Assembly (NCBI GenBank): GCA_031403675.1 | Contig: JANNTO010000066.1 | Location: 1-44,095 of the forward strand | Source of the DNA: Gammaproteobacteria bacterium | GTDB taxonomy: Bacteria > Pseudomonadota > Gammaproteobacteria > Steroidobacterales > Steroidobacteraceae | Length of the DNA stretch: 44,095 nucleotides | Direction of reading: 5' to 3' | In this document: piece by piece, positions 1 to 9,423 of the stretch | How the letters are laid out: each line of letters starts with the position of its first letter | Numbering within the stretch: the stretch's first letter is position 1 | Made by a program: the position numbers and the translations under genes | The notes under the pieces: model-generated | What the model saw: the letters and a program-made list of their open reading frames with translations, nothing else | Databases searched by the model: none | What the model was told of the DNA's origin: nothing

Positions 1-4
1 TCCT

Positions 5-1039
5 TCATCTGGCCCGCCTCGGTGAAGTCCGGCTGTAACGCCCGCCGGCCAGCGACTCGACCCGACCTTCGAGCTCGAGCAGTTGCAGCTTCGAGATGAT
101 GGATGCGGCTGCAAGGCCCGTTCTTTCAACGAGTCTGTCGAGATCCGTCGGCCCGAAACCGAGCGCATTCAACAGTATTTCTGCGCCGCTGTCCAACCGG
201 CCGCCAGGAGTTTCCACGCCATCAGGTGCTTGTGCGCCGGAATTGGTGTGCATTGTGAGCATCGGCAGCCCCAAAGTTTCGAGCACGTCTTCCACCGTTT
301 CGACCAGCGCCGCGCCATCCTTGATCAGGCGATGGCAGCCGCGTGCGAGAACATTATGTATGGATCCTGGCACTGCCATCACGTCGCGCCCCTGTTCGCC
401 GGCGAGTCGCGCGGTGATCAGCGATCCGGAACGCGCCGCCGCCTCGATCACGAGCACCCCGCGCGCGAGCCCCGACATCAGGCGATTGCGGCGCGGGAAG
501 TTGTGTGCGTGAGGCGGTGTGCCGGTCGGAAACTCGGAAACCAGCGCACCGCTCGCCGCGATCTGCTCCGCCAGCGCCTGATGCTCGGACGGGTAGACGC
601 GATCGAGCCCGGTGCCGCAGACCGCAATCGTGACACCCCCCGCTTGCAGCGCACCGCGGTGCGCAGCGGCGTCGATGCCGACCGCAAGGCCGCTGGTGAT
701 CGCGAGTCCGGTGGCCGCGAGCCGGGCGCCGAACTCGAATGCGGTCTCACGGCCCGCGGCGGTGGCTCTGCGGCTGCCGACGATCGCGACCTGAGGATCG
801 GCAAGTACCGCCGGATTGCCCCAGACGAAGAGCGCGGGCGGACTGCCCGGAATCGCGGCCAGTTGCGGCGGAAAGCGCGGATCGTGGGCGGTCAGGAGCA
901 TGCGTCCGGGCGCCTCGAGCCAGCGCAGGTCGCGTTCGATCCCGGCCCGGTCCTGGTTGCCGGGGGCGCGCAGGCGTTGCAGCCAGCCGGTCGGGTCATC
1001 GGGGCATGCCGCGGTCGTCACCCGCCGATCTTCCGGCAT
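5..1039 (-). CDS. dprA: DNA-processing protein DprA (Smf)
   Basis: The ORF 5..1300(-) translation contains the DprA core (VAIVGSRRATAAGRE, GLAVGIDAAAHRGAL, VCGTGLDRVYPSEH, NFPRRNRLMSG). Start trimmed to the ATG at 1039 (MPEDRR) because the upstream part overlaps the 3' end of the neighbouring gene. Classic synteny with LysM-def-fmt-rsmB. Confidence 0.9.
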   Translation of the reverse strand: MPEDRRVTTAACPDDPTGWLQRLRAPGNQDRAGIERDLRWLEAPGRMLLTAHDPRFPPQLAAIPGSPPALFVWGNPAVLADPQVAIVGSRRATAAGRETAFEFGARLAATGLAITSGLAVGIDAAAHRGALQAGGVTIAVCGTGLDRVYPSEHQALAEQIAASGALVSEFPTGTPPHAHNFPRRNRLMSGLARGVLVIEAAARSGSLITARLAGEQGRDVMAVPGSIHNVLARGCHRLIKDGAALVETVEDVLETLGLPMLTMHTNSGAQAPDGVETPGGRLDSGAEILLNALGFGPTDLDRLVERTGLAAASIISKLQLLELEGRVESLAGGRYSRTSPRRAR

Positions 1040-1124
1040 GCCGGGGCGGGCGGACGCCAGCAAAAAACGACCTGAAACGGCAGATTTCCGGGGCGACGTC
1101 CGCTCTGGCGGGCCCGGACCGGCG

Positions 1125-2336
1125 TCAGGGTGGCGGCAACGGGTACTTGAGGCCGCTCGCGCAGTTGAACAGCACGGCCGTTTCACTGGCGCCGACCTGC
1201 CCTGCGGCAAGCGCTGCGCGCCACGCGGCATAGGTCGCAGCGCCCTCCGGGCATAGCAGCAAGCCTTCGACCCTGGCGACTTCGGCCAGCGCTTCCGCAA
1301 TCGCGGCGTCGTCCACGGCGATCGCGAATCCGCGGCTTTCGCGCAGCGCGCGCAGGATCAGGAAATCGCCGATCGCGGCCGGCACGCGGATCCCGGCAGC
1401 ATAGGTGTGCGCGTCCCGCCATGGTTCGGCGTGATCCACACCCTGCAGGAAGGCGCGCACGATCGGCGCGCAGCCGGTGGCCTGCACCGCGACCATGCGC
1501 GGCCGCTTCGAATCGATGAACCCGATGGACTCGAGTTCGTCAAAGGCCTTCCACATGCCGATCAGGCCGGTGCCGCCGCCGGTCGGGTAGAAGATGACGT
1601 CCGGGAGGCGCCAGCCGAGTTGTTCGGCGAGTTCGTAGCCCATCGTCTTCTTGCCCTCGATGCGATACGGCTCCTTGAGTGTCGAGACGTCGAACCAGCC
1701 CATGCGCTCGCGGCCTTCAGCGACACGATTGCCACAGTCGTTGATCAGGCCGTCCACCAGCGTGACATGCGCACCCGCGAGCGCGATTTCGCGCACATTG
1801 ATTTCCGGCGTGTCCGCCGGACAGAAGACAAAGGTCTCGATGCCGGCGCGCGTGGCATAGGCCGCAAGCGCCGCGCCGGCATTGCCATTGGTCGGCATCG
1901 CCATGCGCGTGACTCCGAGCGCCTTTGCCATCGAGACCGCGAGTGCAAGACCGCGCGCCTTGAATGAACCCGTGGGCAGACGGCCCTCGTCCTTGACCAG
2001 CAGTTGCTTCGCACCATGACGCTGGGCGGTCGCGTCGAAGCTGACGAGCGGCGTTACGACTTCACCGAGACTGACGACATCGGCGCTGTTCCGCACCGGC
2101 AGGAACTCGCGATAACGCCAGAACCCGCCCGCGCTGCGCGCTGCCAGCATCTCGCGCGTGACCGCGCTCTTCATGGCCTCCAGGTCATACCGCACCAGCA
2201 ACGGCTTGCCCGCATCCGACAACCCGCGCAGTTCATCAGGCGCGTACCGGGCACCGGTTGCACTGCACTCAAGATACGTCGTGAACGTCGGGAACTCCTG
2301 CATGCCGCGCAGATTAGCAGCCTGCCGGCCCGGCAT
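1125..2336 (-). CDS. Threonine synthase-like PLP-dependent enzyme (Trp-synthase beta superfamily)
   Basis: 403-aa ORF with the PLP-lysine motif (PTGSFKARG), NGNAG and a GGGTGL glycine loop. An alternative ATG at 2303 (MQEFPTF) is equally plausible. No clear SD for either start. Confidence 0.75.
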   Translation of the reverse strand: MPGRQAANLRGMQEFPTFTTYLECSATGARYAPDELRGLSDAGKPLLVRYDLEAMKSAVTREMLAARSAGGFWRYREFLPVRNSADVVSLGEVVTPLVSFDATAQRHGAKQLLVKDEGRLPTGSFKARGLALAVSMAKALGVTRMAMPTNGNAGAALAAYATRAGIETFVFCPADTPEINVREIALAGAHVTLVDGLINDCGNRVAEGRERMGWFDVSTLKEPYRIEGKKTMGYELAEQLGWRLPDVIFYPTGGGTGLIGMWKAFDELESIGFIDSKRPRMVAVQATGCAPIVRAFLQGVDHAEPWRDAHTYAAGIRVPAAIGDFLILRALRESRGFAIAVDDAAIAEALAEVARVEGLLLCPEGAATYAAWRAALAAGQVGASETAVLFNCASGLKYPLPPP

Positions 2337-2540
2337 GACATGTGTCGACGCTGCCGCCGCGCACCGGTCGCGCGGGATCCCTCGCTCGTTCGCTCAGCCC
2401 GAACTTATTCGCTCACTCGCGAGGATCCCGCGCCACTCGCGCGCGCCGGCTGCTGCGCCGCCACTGGTGCGCGCGGGGCGGGTGGGAGTACCGCCCGCCA
2501 GGCGTGCGCGCACGAAAGACGACGAATCGACCTGCTGACC

Positions 2541-2573
2541 CCGAAACGAAAACGCCGGCCTCGTGGCCGGCGT
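2541..2573 (-). terminator. Rho-independent terminator downstream of the LysM gene
   Basis: Minus strand reads ACGCCGGCC-acga-GGCCGGCGT (9-bp GC stem, 2552-2573) followed by TTTCGTTTCGG (2541-2551). It lies about 25 nt after the LysM-protein stop at 2598. Confidence 0.6.
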
Positions 2574-2597
2574 CTGCGTGCAATCGATCGAGTGCGT

Positions 2598-3695
2598 TCA
2601 GGGCGTGCGGACGACATCTCCGACGTGGATCTCACGGTCCGACTCCAGCGCCAGCCCGTAGCTCAGCCGGTCGAAAGTCTTGAACACCATGAACAGACCG
2701 GTACGTTCCGCCGGTGTTTCCATGTCGCGACTGACCGCATTGTCGGTCACGTCGCGAACCTCTTCGCCGGCCTGCCAGATCGTCAGCACGTGGCCGGGTT
2801 CGAGGCCGTGGCGCGAGCCGCGATTGATGATGATGATATCGTGCTGCGCGACGATCGTACGATCGTCGATGACCGACATGATCGTGCCATCGACGCTCGA
2901 GCTCGGCGCGCGTGGGATGAAATCCATTTTCGGATCGCCCGCGAGCGGCAGCAGAATGTCGCCTTCGAGCGTCTCGCGCGCGGAATCGACCACCCGCATG
3001 GTCGACGGATCGCCGTAGCGCTTGAGGTCGGCTTCGCCAGTAAATATGCCCTGATAGCCCAGCACGTCGCCATCGTCAGGATCTTTCAGTTCGTCGCCGA
3101 CGTGAAAGATGGCGTAACGGCTGCCGGCCTGCGGGCTCGAAAGTCGGCGCACATAGATGTCGTTGCCAACCGAAGAGATCAGCCGGTCGTCGCGTCCGTA
3201 TGCGACATACGGTGCGCCCTTGACCTGATCGGCCGACAGCACGCCCGGCCGCGACATGAATGCCGCGACGCGATCGTACGGAATGGCGCGGATCGCATCT
3301 GTCAGCGCGTTCTCGCGCACGCGCGGCGACATGCGCGTCGCGCCGCCGCTTGCCAGCGTCACGCGCGGTTGGCCTGCCACCCAGGTCAGCGCGAGCGTGT
3401 CGCCCGGATAGATAAGATGCGGATTCGCGACCTGCGGATTGATGTGCCAGATCTCCGGCCAGTACCAGGGATCGGTCAGGAATTTCGCGGAGATGTCCCA
3501 CAGCGTGTCGCCGGTTTGCACGACGTAACTGGATGGCGCATCGGGCGCGACCGGAATGACGCCGCGGTCGATGCCCTGTTCCTGCCCGGTGGCGACGCCG
3601 ACTGGAACAGCGACTGCGAGCGCGAGCGCAGTGATGGCGACGGCCGCCAGGCTGCGGGCGGGGTTGAGTGACCTGATCTTCAGGAACGATGCCAT
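2598..3695 (-). CDS. LysM peptidoglycan-binding domain protein (TsaP-like by synteny)
   Basis: Signal peptide (MASFLKIRSLNPARSLAAVAITALALAVAV). LysM motif (YVVQTGDTLWDISAKFLTDPWYWPEIW). ATG at 3695 preceded by GGAG. Its position between dprA and def matches the TsaP locus of Pseudomonas and Neisseria. Confidence 0.8.
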   Translation of the reverse strand: MASFLKIRSLNPARSLAAVAITALALAVAVPVGVATGQEQGIDRGVIPVAPDAPSSYVVQTGDTLWDISAKFLTDPWYWPEIWHINPQVANPHLIYPGDTLALTWVAGQPRVTLASGGATRMSPRVRENALTDAIRAIPYDRVAAFMSRPGVLSADQVKGAPYVAYGRDDRLISSVGNDIYVRRLSSPQAGSRYAIFHVGDELKDPDDGDVLGYQGIFTGEADLKRYGDPSTMRVVDSARETLEGDILLPLAGDPKMDFIPRAPSSSVDGTIMSVIDDRTIVAQHDIIIINRGSRHGLEPGHVLTIWQAGEEVRDVTDNAVSRDMETPAERTGLFMVFKTFDRLSYGLALESDREIHVGDVVRTP

Positions 3696-3831
3696 GCGAG
3701 GTGCTCCATTACTGCCGGGCGGCCCGAACGGCCGTATACTTCCGGACATGCGGATTCAGACGTAAGTCCATGCTTCGACGAACTTTAGCAGCATTCCCCG
3801 GTCAGATACACGCATCCACGGCCCTGCTCCC

Positions 3832-4374
3832 ATGACGCGCCTCACAATCCTGGAGTATCCGGACCCCCGGCTGCGTACCCGGGCTGTCCCGGTCGACGTT
3901 GTGGACGCCCGATTGCGTGAACTGATCGACGACTTGCTGGAAACCATGTACGCGGCCAATGGCGTCGGTCTGGCGGCCACCCAGGTCGACGTGCACCGGC
4001 GCCTGCTGGTCGCCGACGTCAGTGAATCGCGCAACGAGCCGCGCGTCTTCATCAATCCGGAAATCCTTTCCAGGGATGGCGCGGCGACCTCGCAGGAGGG
4101 TTGCCTGTCGGTGCCCGGGTACTACGACGCGGTGGAACGCGCGGAGCGCATCCGCGTGCGTGCGCAGGGTCGCGACGGCCAGCCGTTCGAAGCCGATCTC
4201 GATGGCCTGCTCGCGATTTGCGTGCAGCACGAAATCGATCACCTCGAAGGGAAGCTGTTCGTGGATTACCTGTCGGAACTGAAACGCCAGCGCGTGCGCA
4301 AGAAGATCGAGAAGGACCGGCGGCTGCGCGCAGAAGGCCGGGCGCCCCTGCCTGCCGGCGCCCCCGCGATCTGA
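3832..4374 (+). CDS. def: Peptide deformylase
   Basis: Motifs [17 protein letters not shown] and HEIDHLEG. 180 aa. Confidence 0.95.
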   Translation: MTRLTILEYPDPRLRTRAVPVDVVDARLRELIDDLLETMYAANGVGLAATQVDVHRRLLVADVSESRNEPRVFINPEILSRDGAATSQEGCLSVPGYYDAVERAERIRVRAQGRDGQPFEADLDGLLAICVQHEIDHLEGKLFVDYLSELKRQRVRKKIEKDRRLRAEGRAPLPAGAPAI

Positions 4375-4388
4375 CCGGAAGCTCCGCC

Positions 4389-5330
4389 ATGGACCAGAGC
4401 CTGGCGGTCGCATTCGCCGGAACCCCCGACTTCGCGTTGCCGGCGCTCGATGCGATCGCGTCATCGCGTCACCGCCTGGTAGTCGTCTACTCGCAACCAG
4501 ATCGTCCCGCTGGTCGCGGCCGCAGGGTCGCAACGAGTCCGGTCAAGGAGCGTGCGCTTGCACTCGGCCTGACCGTGCGCCAGCCGGAAAGCCTGCGCGA
4601 GGCGGCGGCAGCCGCAGAACTGGCGGCATTCGCACCGGACGTGCTGGTCGTCGTTGCGTACGGGCTGCTGTTGCCGCCGACACTGCTGGATGTGCCGCGC
4701 CTCGGTTGCCTGAATATTCACGCATCGCTGCTGCCGCGTTGGCGGGGTGCCGCGCCCGTCGCGCGCGCGATCATGGCGGGCGATGCGAAGACCGGCGTCT
4801 GCATCATGCGGCTGGAGGCCGGGCTCGACACCGGACCGGTAATGATGCGCCAGGAAGTCGAAATCGCAGCGCACGAAACTGCGGGGGATTTGCAGGCGCG
4901 ACTGGCGCTGCTGGGTGCACCGCTCATCGTCGCCGAGCTCGACCTGCTGGCCACGGGCCGCGCAACCTTTGCAGCGCAGGATGCTCGGCAGGCGACCTAT
5001 GCGAAGAAGCTGGAGAAATCCGAGGCGCGCCTTGCGTGGGGCGAATCCGCGCGCGTCCTCGCGCGGCAGGTCCGCGCAATGAATCCCTGGCCGATCGCCG
5101 AAACGACGCTCGACGGCGCCCAGCTTCGTATCTTCGAGGCCGAGGTCGTTGCGCAGGATTCCGTCGGTGCCGTGCCAGGCACGATTCTGCGCGCGGGTGC
5201 GGAAGGAATCGTGGTGCTGACCGGGGACCAGGCACTCGCCATCCGGCGCCTGCAACTGCCGGGCCGGCGCGCCGTGCCGGCGGCGGATTTCGCCAATGCG
5301 CGCCGGCTCGCGGGCCTGGTGCTGGCCTGA
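4389..5330 (+). CDS. fmt: Methionyl-tRNA formyltransferase
   Basis: Starts at ATG 4389 (MDQSLAVAFAGTPDFALPAL). Motifs SQPDRPAGRG and LNIHASLLPRWRGAAP. The upstream part of ORF 4101..5330 overlaps def and was dropped. Confidence 0.93.
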   Translation: MDQSLAVAFAGTPDFALPALDAIASSRHRLVVVYSQPDRPAGRGRRVATSPVKERALALGLTVRQPESLREAAAAAELAAFAPDVLVVVAYGLLLPPTLLDVPRLGCLNIHASLLPRWRGAAPVARAIMAGDAKTGVCIMRLEAGLDTGPVMMRQEVEIAAHETAGDLQARLALLGAPLIVAELDLLATGRATFAAQDARQATYAKKLEKSEARLAWGESARVLARQVRAMNPWPIAETTLDGAQLRIFEAEVVAQDSVGAVPGTILRAGAEGIVVLTGDQALAIRRLQLPGRRAVPAADFANARRLAGLVLA

Positions 5331-6658
5331 GCACGCCCGAGGCCGCTGCGATCCGCGCTGCCGCGGCACGCACCGTAGTCGCGGTCGTAGCCGGCGGGCG
5401 ACGCCTGGAATCGGCGCTCGCGGAATTCGCGCTGGACCCCGCGTCCCGCCCGGCGACCCAGTCGATCGCATTCGGCACGGTGCGCTGGTTCTTCGAGCTC
5501 GAGGCCATGCTGGCACTGCTGCTCGACCGTCCCGCTGCCGCGCTCGATCATGAGATTCGCGCGCTCGCGCTGGTCGGTCTTTATCAGCTGGCGCATGGCG
5601 CGACACCCGAACATGCCGCCGTCTCCGAGACGGTCGAGGCGACGCGCGCGCTCGGCCAGCCGCGTGCGGCAGGCTTCGTCAATGCATTGCTGCGGCGTTT
5701 CCAACGCGAGCGCGCGGCGATCACTGCCGCGGCGCACCGCGAGCCGGCCGCGGCACACGCGCATCCACAGTGGTTGCTCGACGCCTTCGAACACGACTGG
5801 CCGGCGCAATGGCAGTCGATCGCCGCCGCGGGCAACGGCGAGCCGCCGTTGTGGCTGCGCGTCAACGCCTTGCGGTGCGGGCGCGATGCATACCGTGCGC
5901 GGCTTGCGGCGGCCGGCATGGAATCCGCAGCCTGCGAATTTGCACCACACGCGCTGCGGCTTGCAAAACCGGTGGATGTCGCTTCACTGCCGGGTTTCGC
6001 GGACGGCGATGTATCGGTGCAGGACGCGGCTGCGCAGCTGGCGACTTACTTTCTTGCAGCGCAGCCTGGGATGCGCGCGCTCGATGCCTGTGCGGCGCCC
6101 GGCGGCAAGGCCTGCCACCTGCTCGAACTGGTGCCCGGCCTCGCCGAACTCGTCGCACTCGATATCGATCCGGCGCGCACCGTACGCATCGCGTCGAATC
6201 TGGCGCGGCTCGGCCTGGTCGCGACGCTGGTCACCGGGGACGCCGCCAGGCCGGACCTCTGGTGGGACGGCCGGCCCTTCGATCGCATCCTGCTCGACGT
6301 GCCGTGTTCGGGCTCTGGCGTGATCCGCCGTCATCCCGATATCAAGGTGTTACGGCGGTCCGACGACATCCCGCGTTTTGCCACGCAGCAGCGGGCCCTG
6401 CTGGATGCATGCTTTGCGCTGCTCGCACCGGGTGGCCGGCTGCTGTACGCGAGTTGTTCGGTGCTGCGGGCGGAGAATGCCGCAGTGATCGGCGGGTTCC
6501 TGCAAGCGGTGCCCCTGGCAGCGGATGTGACCGAATCTGCTAGGCTTTTGTTGCCCGGCGCAGCGCCGGTGCAGGATGCGGGGCCGGGTTGCGCGCTTCC
6601 AAGCGGGGCAGCCGACGCCGATGGCTTCTATTACGCCTGCCTCGAGAAGCGGGCCTGA
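5327..6658 (+). CDS. rsmB: 16S rRNA (cytosine967-C5)-methyltransferase RsmB
   Basis: N-terminal NusB-like region, then the SAM methyltransferase core (DACAAPGGK, DRILLDVPCSGSGVIRRHPD, YASCS). The start is unresolved: no in-frame ATG/GTG/TTG lies between the fmt stop and the conserved N-terminus. CTG at 5327, overlapping the fmt stop, is given provisionally. Confidence 0.85.
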   Translation: MSTPEAAAIRAAAARTVVAVVAGGRRLESALAEFALDPASRPATQSIAFGTVRWFFELEAMLALLLDRPAAALDHEIRALALVGLYQLAHGATPEHAAVSETVEATRALGQPRAAGFVNALLRRFQRERAAITAAAHREPAAAHAHPQWLLDAFEHDWPAQWQSIAAAGNGEPPLWLRVNALRCGRDAYRARLAAAGMESAACEFAPHALRLAKPVDVASLPGFADGDVSVQDAAAQLATYFLAAQPGMRALDACAAPGGKACHLLELVPGLAELVALDIDPARTVRIASNLARLGLVATLVTGDAARPDLWWDGRPFDRILLDVPCSGSGVIRRHPDIKVLRRSDDIPRFATQQRALLDACFALLAPGGRLLYASCSVLRAENAAVIGGFLQAVPLAADVTESARLLLPGAAPVQDAGPGCALPSGAADADGFYYACLEKRA

Positions 6659-6667
6659 GTAACCGGC

Positions 6668-7246
6668 GTGCAGTCAATGCGGTGGCGACATCCCTGGCTG
6701 GTCTGCATTGCAGCGCTCCTGTGCGCGGCGGCATTTGCGAGCGCGCAAGCCCAGGATGATGACCGTTTCGAGATCAGGAACGCCTTCGTCGAGCTGAAGG
6801 ACGGCGTCTGGCAGCTCGACGTGCGTCTCGACCTCGCGCTCGCCGCCGCGGCACAGCAGGCTCTTGATGAAGGTGTACCGCTCACCCTCGAACTGGAGGC
6901 CGTGGCGAGCGTCGCCCGCCGTTTGCTGCCGGATGAGACCGTCGTTGTGCTGACCCGCCAGTGGCAGCTCACCCATGACGCGATCGCCGAACGCTTTGTG
7001 GTGACCGATACGGCGAGCGGCGCACACACCAGCTATCCGTCGCAGGCGGAAGCGCTCGAGGCGCTCGCGCGGGTCAGCGCGTTGAACATTGCCGACAACG
7101 CGACCTTGCCGCCGGCCGCGCGTTTCGACATGCGCGTGCGCGCCTCGATTGAGATCGGCGACCTGCCAACGGCAGTCAAGATTCTGCTGTTCTGGAAGAG
7201 CTGGTCGCGCAGCACCGACTGGTATCTCTGGAGCGTGCGGCCATGA
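6668..7246 (+). CDS. DUF4390 domain protein (periplasmic, precedes the NtrY-like kinase)
   Basis: Signal peptide (WLVCIAALLCAAAFASAQA). About 190 aa. Conserved position between rsmB and the NtrY-like kinase. GTG 6668 or ATG 6677. Its stop overlaps the kinase ATG (ATGATG at 7243). Confidence 0.7.
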   Translation: MQSMRWRHPWLVCIAALLCAAAFASAQAQDDDRFEIRNAFVELKDGVWQLDVRLDLALAAAAQQALDEGVPLTLELEAVASVARRLLPDETVVVLTRQWQLTHDAIAERFVVTDTASGAHTSYPSQAEALEALARVSALNIADNATLPPAARFDMRVRASIEIGDLPTAVKILLFWKSWSRSTDWYLWSVRP

Positions 7247-9423
7247 TGCGTCGCTGGCTCCCGATCGTGATCGGTATCGGCATCGTCGTGTGGGTTGCTG
7301 CACTCGCCCTGCTCGCGGTGACCGCCGACGGCTCGCAACGCTTCGGGCAATTGCAGCCGTGGATCCTGCTGATCAACATCGCGGGCGTCGTGGTGCTGCT
7401 GGCGCTGATCGGCGGCCGGCTCGCCGAATTCATCCGCGACTGGCGTCGCCATGTGCCCGGCTCGCGGCTGCGCGGCCGCACGATCCTGATGTTCGGCGGG
7501 CTCGCGATCGCACCGCTGCTGCTGGTGTTCGCGTTTTCGGTGCTGTTCCTGACCCGTGGGATCGACAGCTGGTTTCACGCAGAGATCCGCGCGGGACTCA
7601 CCGACGCGCTCGGGCTGTCGCGCGCGGCGCTCGACCTGCGCATGCGCGAATACCTGGACCGCACCGGTACCATGGCGGACCAGCTTGCGGGCCTTTCCGG
7701 CGGGCCGCTGTATGTGGTGCTCGACGATCAGCTGCGGTCGTCCGGCGCGGATGAATTGATTGTCACCAGTGCCGGCGGCCAGCCCGAGGCCTACAGCAGC
7801 GCCGGCATGCAGCACGGCCTGCCCGGCGTGCCGGCAGCAGAGTTGCTGTTGCAGCTGCGGCAGGGGCGCCCATTTGTCGGTCTCGAACCTGTGGCGGGAG
7901 GCGGTTACCTGATCAGGGCGGCGACGCAGATTGGCGCCGAGCCCGGTCTGCAGTCCGCACGACTGCTGGTTGCAACCTATCCGGTGCCGCAGCGGCTCGC
8001 CGATCTGGCAGCAACCGTGCAGCAGGCCTACCAGGAGTACGGCCGTCTCTCGTTCTTGCGCGAACCATTGAAACTTTCTTTCGTGCTGACCCTGTCGCTG
8101 GTGTTGCTGATGGCGTTGCTTGCGGCGCTGTACGGCGCGCTGTATTTCTCACAAAAACTGGTGCGACCGGTGCAGGACCTGATCGCCGGCACGCGTGCGG
8201 TCGCCAAAGGCGATTTCGACACGCGCCTGTCGCGTCCGTCCCACGACGAGATCGGATTCCTCGTCACCTCATTCAATGACATGACCAAGAAACTCGCGCG
8301 CGCGCGCGAAGAGACCGAACGCAGCCAGGCCGCGGTCGAGGCCGAGCGCGCGGCGCTCGAGGTGATCCTGGCGCGCCTGACCAGCGGTGTGCTCTCGCTC
8401 GAGCCGGATCTGCGGGTACGGGTCGCAAACGAGGCGGCCGGCAACATTCTCGGCGTGGATTTCACCGGCAGCACGGGGCGGCCGCTCGCCGAGATCGCTG
8501 CGGAACATCCCTTGCTCGCGCAGCTCTACACCGTGATGCGGCAGCATGTGGACGCCGGTGAGACCGAATGGCGTGAACAGGTGACGCTGAAGCACGAATC
8601 CGGGCGTCGCGAGCTGGTCTGCGCCTCGACCGCCCTGCCTGGCGATGCGGGTTCCACCGCCGGCCTGGTGCTGGTATTCGACGAGATCACGCAACTGTTG
8701 CAGGCCCAGCGCCAAGCCGCCTGGGGCGAGGTTGCGCGGCGTCTCGCACATGAAATACGCAACCCACTGACGCCGATCCAGCTCTCTGCCGAGCGCATGC
8801 GGCGCAAGCTGATGCACGGGCTCGCGCCGGCCGATGCCGAACTGCTTGACCGCGGCACGCACACGATCGTGCAGCAGGTCGAGGCGATGAAGCAGATGGT
8901 CGCGGCATTCTCGGAGTACGCGAAGACGCCCACGTTGCATCTCAGCGAGATCGACCTCGGCGCGCTGGTCCGGCAGGTGTCCGATCTCTATCACGCGCAG
9001 GATCCGCGCGTGGCCTTCGGCCTTTCGCTCGACCCGCGGGCCTCAGCTTTGGAAGCCGATCAGGGCCGTATCCGTCAGTTGCTGAACAACCTGCTGACCA
9101 ATTCGCTCGAGGCGCTCGACGGGCGGGATAATCCTGTCATCATGATCGAAACGAAGCGCATGGGTGACCAGATTGTGCTGACCGTCATCGACAATGGTCC
9201 TGGATTCCAGGGCAGCCTGCTCGAGCAGGCCTTCGATCCTTACGTCACCACCAAGCCGAAAGGCACCGGGCTCGGACTCGCAATCGTGCGCCGAATCGTC
9301 GAGGAACACGGCGGCCAGGTCGAGGTGGACAACGCGCCGCAGGGCGGCGCGCGCATCCGTGTCACGTTGCCGGCGGCGCTGCATGAGGCGCGCCGCGCCG
9401 AGGCCAGGAGAGAGAAAGTATGA
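7243..9423 (+). CDS. NtrY-like sensor histidine kinase (TM-HAMP-PAS-HisKA-HATPase)
   Basis: N-terminal TM helices, a HAMP region (VAKGDFDTRL..DEIGFLVTSFNDM), H-box HEIRNPLTPIQLSAE, N-box LLNNLLTNSLEA and G-boxes DNGPGF / GTGLGLAIV. Confidence 0.85.
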   Translation: MMRRWLPIVIGIGIVVWVAALALLAVTADGSQRFGQLQPWILLINIAGVVVLLALIGGRLAEFIRDWRRHVPGSRLRGRTILMFGGLAIAPLLLVFAFSVLFLTRGIDSWFHAEIRAGLTDALGLSRAALDLRMREYLDRTGTMADQLAGLSGGPLYVVLDDQLRSSGADELIVTSAGGQPEAYSSAGMQHGLPGVPAAELLLQLRQGRPFVGLEPVAGGGYLIRAATQIGAEPGLQSARLLVATYPVPQRLADLAATVQQAYQEYGRLSFLREPLKLSFVLTLSLVLLMALLAALYGALYFSQKLVRPVQDLIAGTRAVAKGDFDTRLSRPSHDEIGFLVTSFNDMTKKLARAREETERSQAAVEAERAALEVILARLTSGVLSLEPDLRVRVANEAAGNILGVDFTGSTGRPLAEIAAEHPLLAQLYTVMRQHVDAGETEWREQVTLKHESGRRELVCASTALPGDAGSTAGLVLVFDEITQLLQAQRQAAWGEVARRLAHEIRNPLTPIQLSAERMRRKLMHGLAPADAELLDRGTHTIVQQVEAMKQMVAAFSEYAKTPTLHLSEIDLGALVRQVSDLYHAQDPRVAFGLSLDPRASALEADQGRIRQLLNNLLTNSLEALDGRDNPVIMIETKRMGDQIVLTVIDNGPGFQGSLLEQAFDPYVTTKPKGTGLGLAIVRRIVEEHGGQVEVDNAPQGGARIRVTLPAALHEARRAEARREKV

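Noticed and set aside
1040-1300. N-terminal 87-codon extension of the dprA ORF
   Set aside because: It overlaps the 3' end of the thrC-like gene and is Arg/Pro-rich with no DprA similarity. The internal ATG at 1039 gives a normal-length DprA.
2004-3671. 555-aa ORF on the plus strand
   Set aside because: Antisense to the LysM-protein and thrC-like genes. The Arg/Ala-rich, low-complexity translation has no recognisable motifs. This is a typical high-GC shadow ORF.
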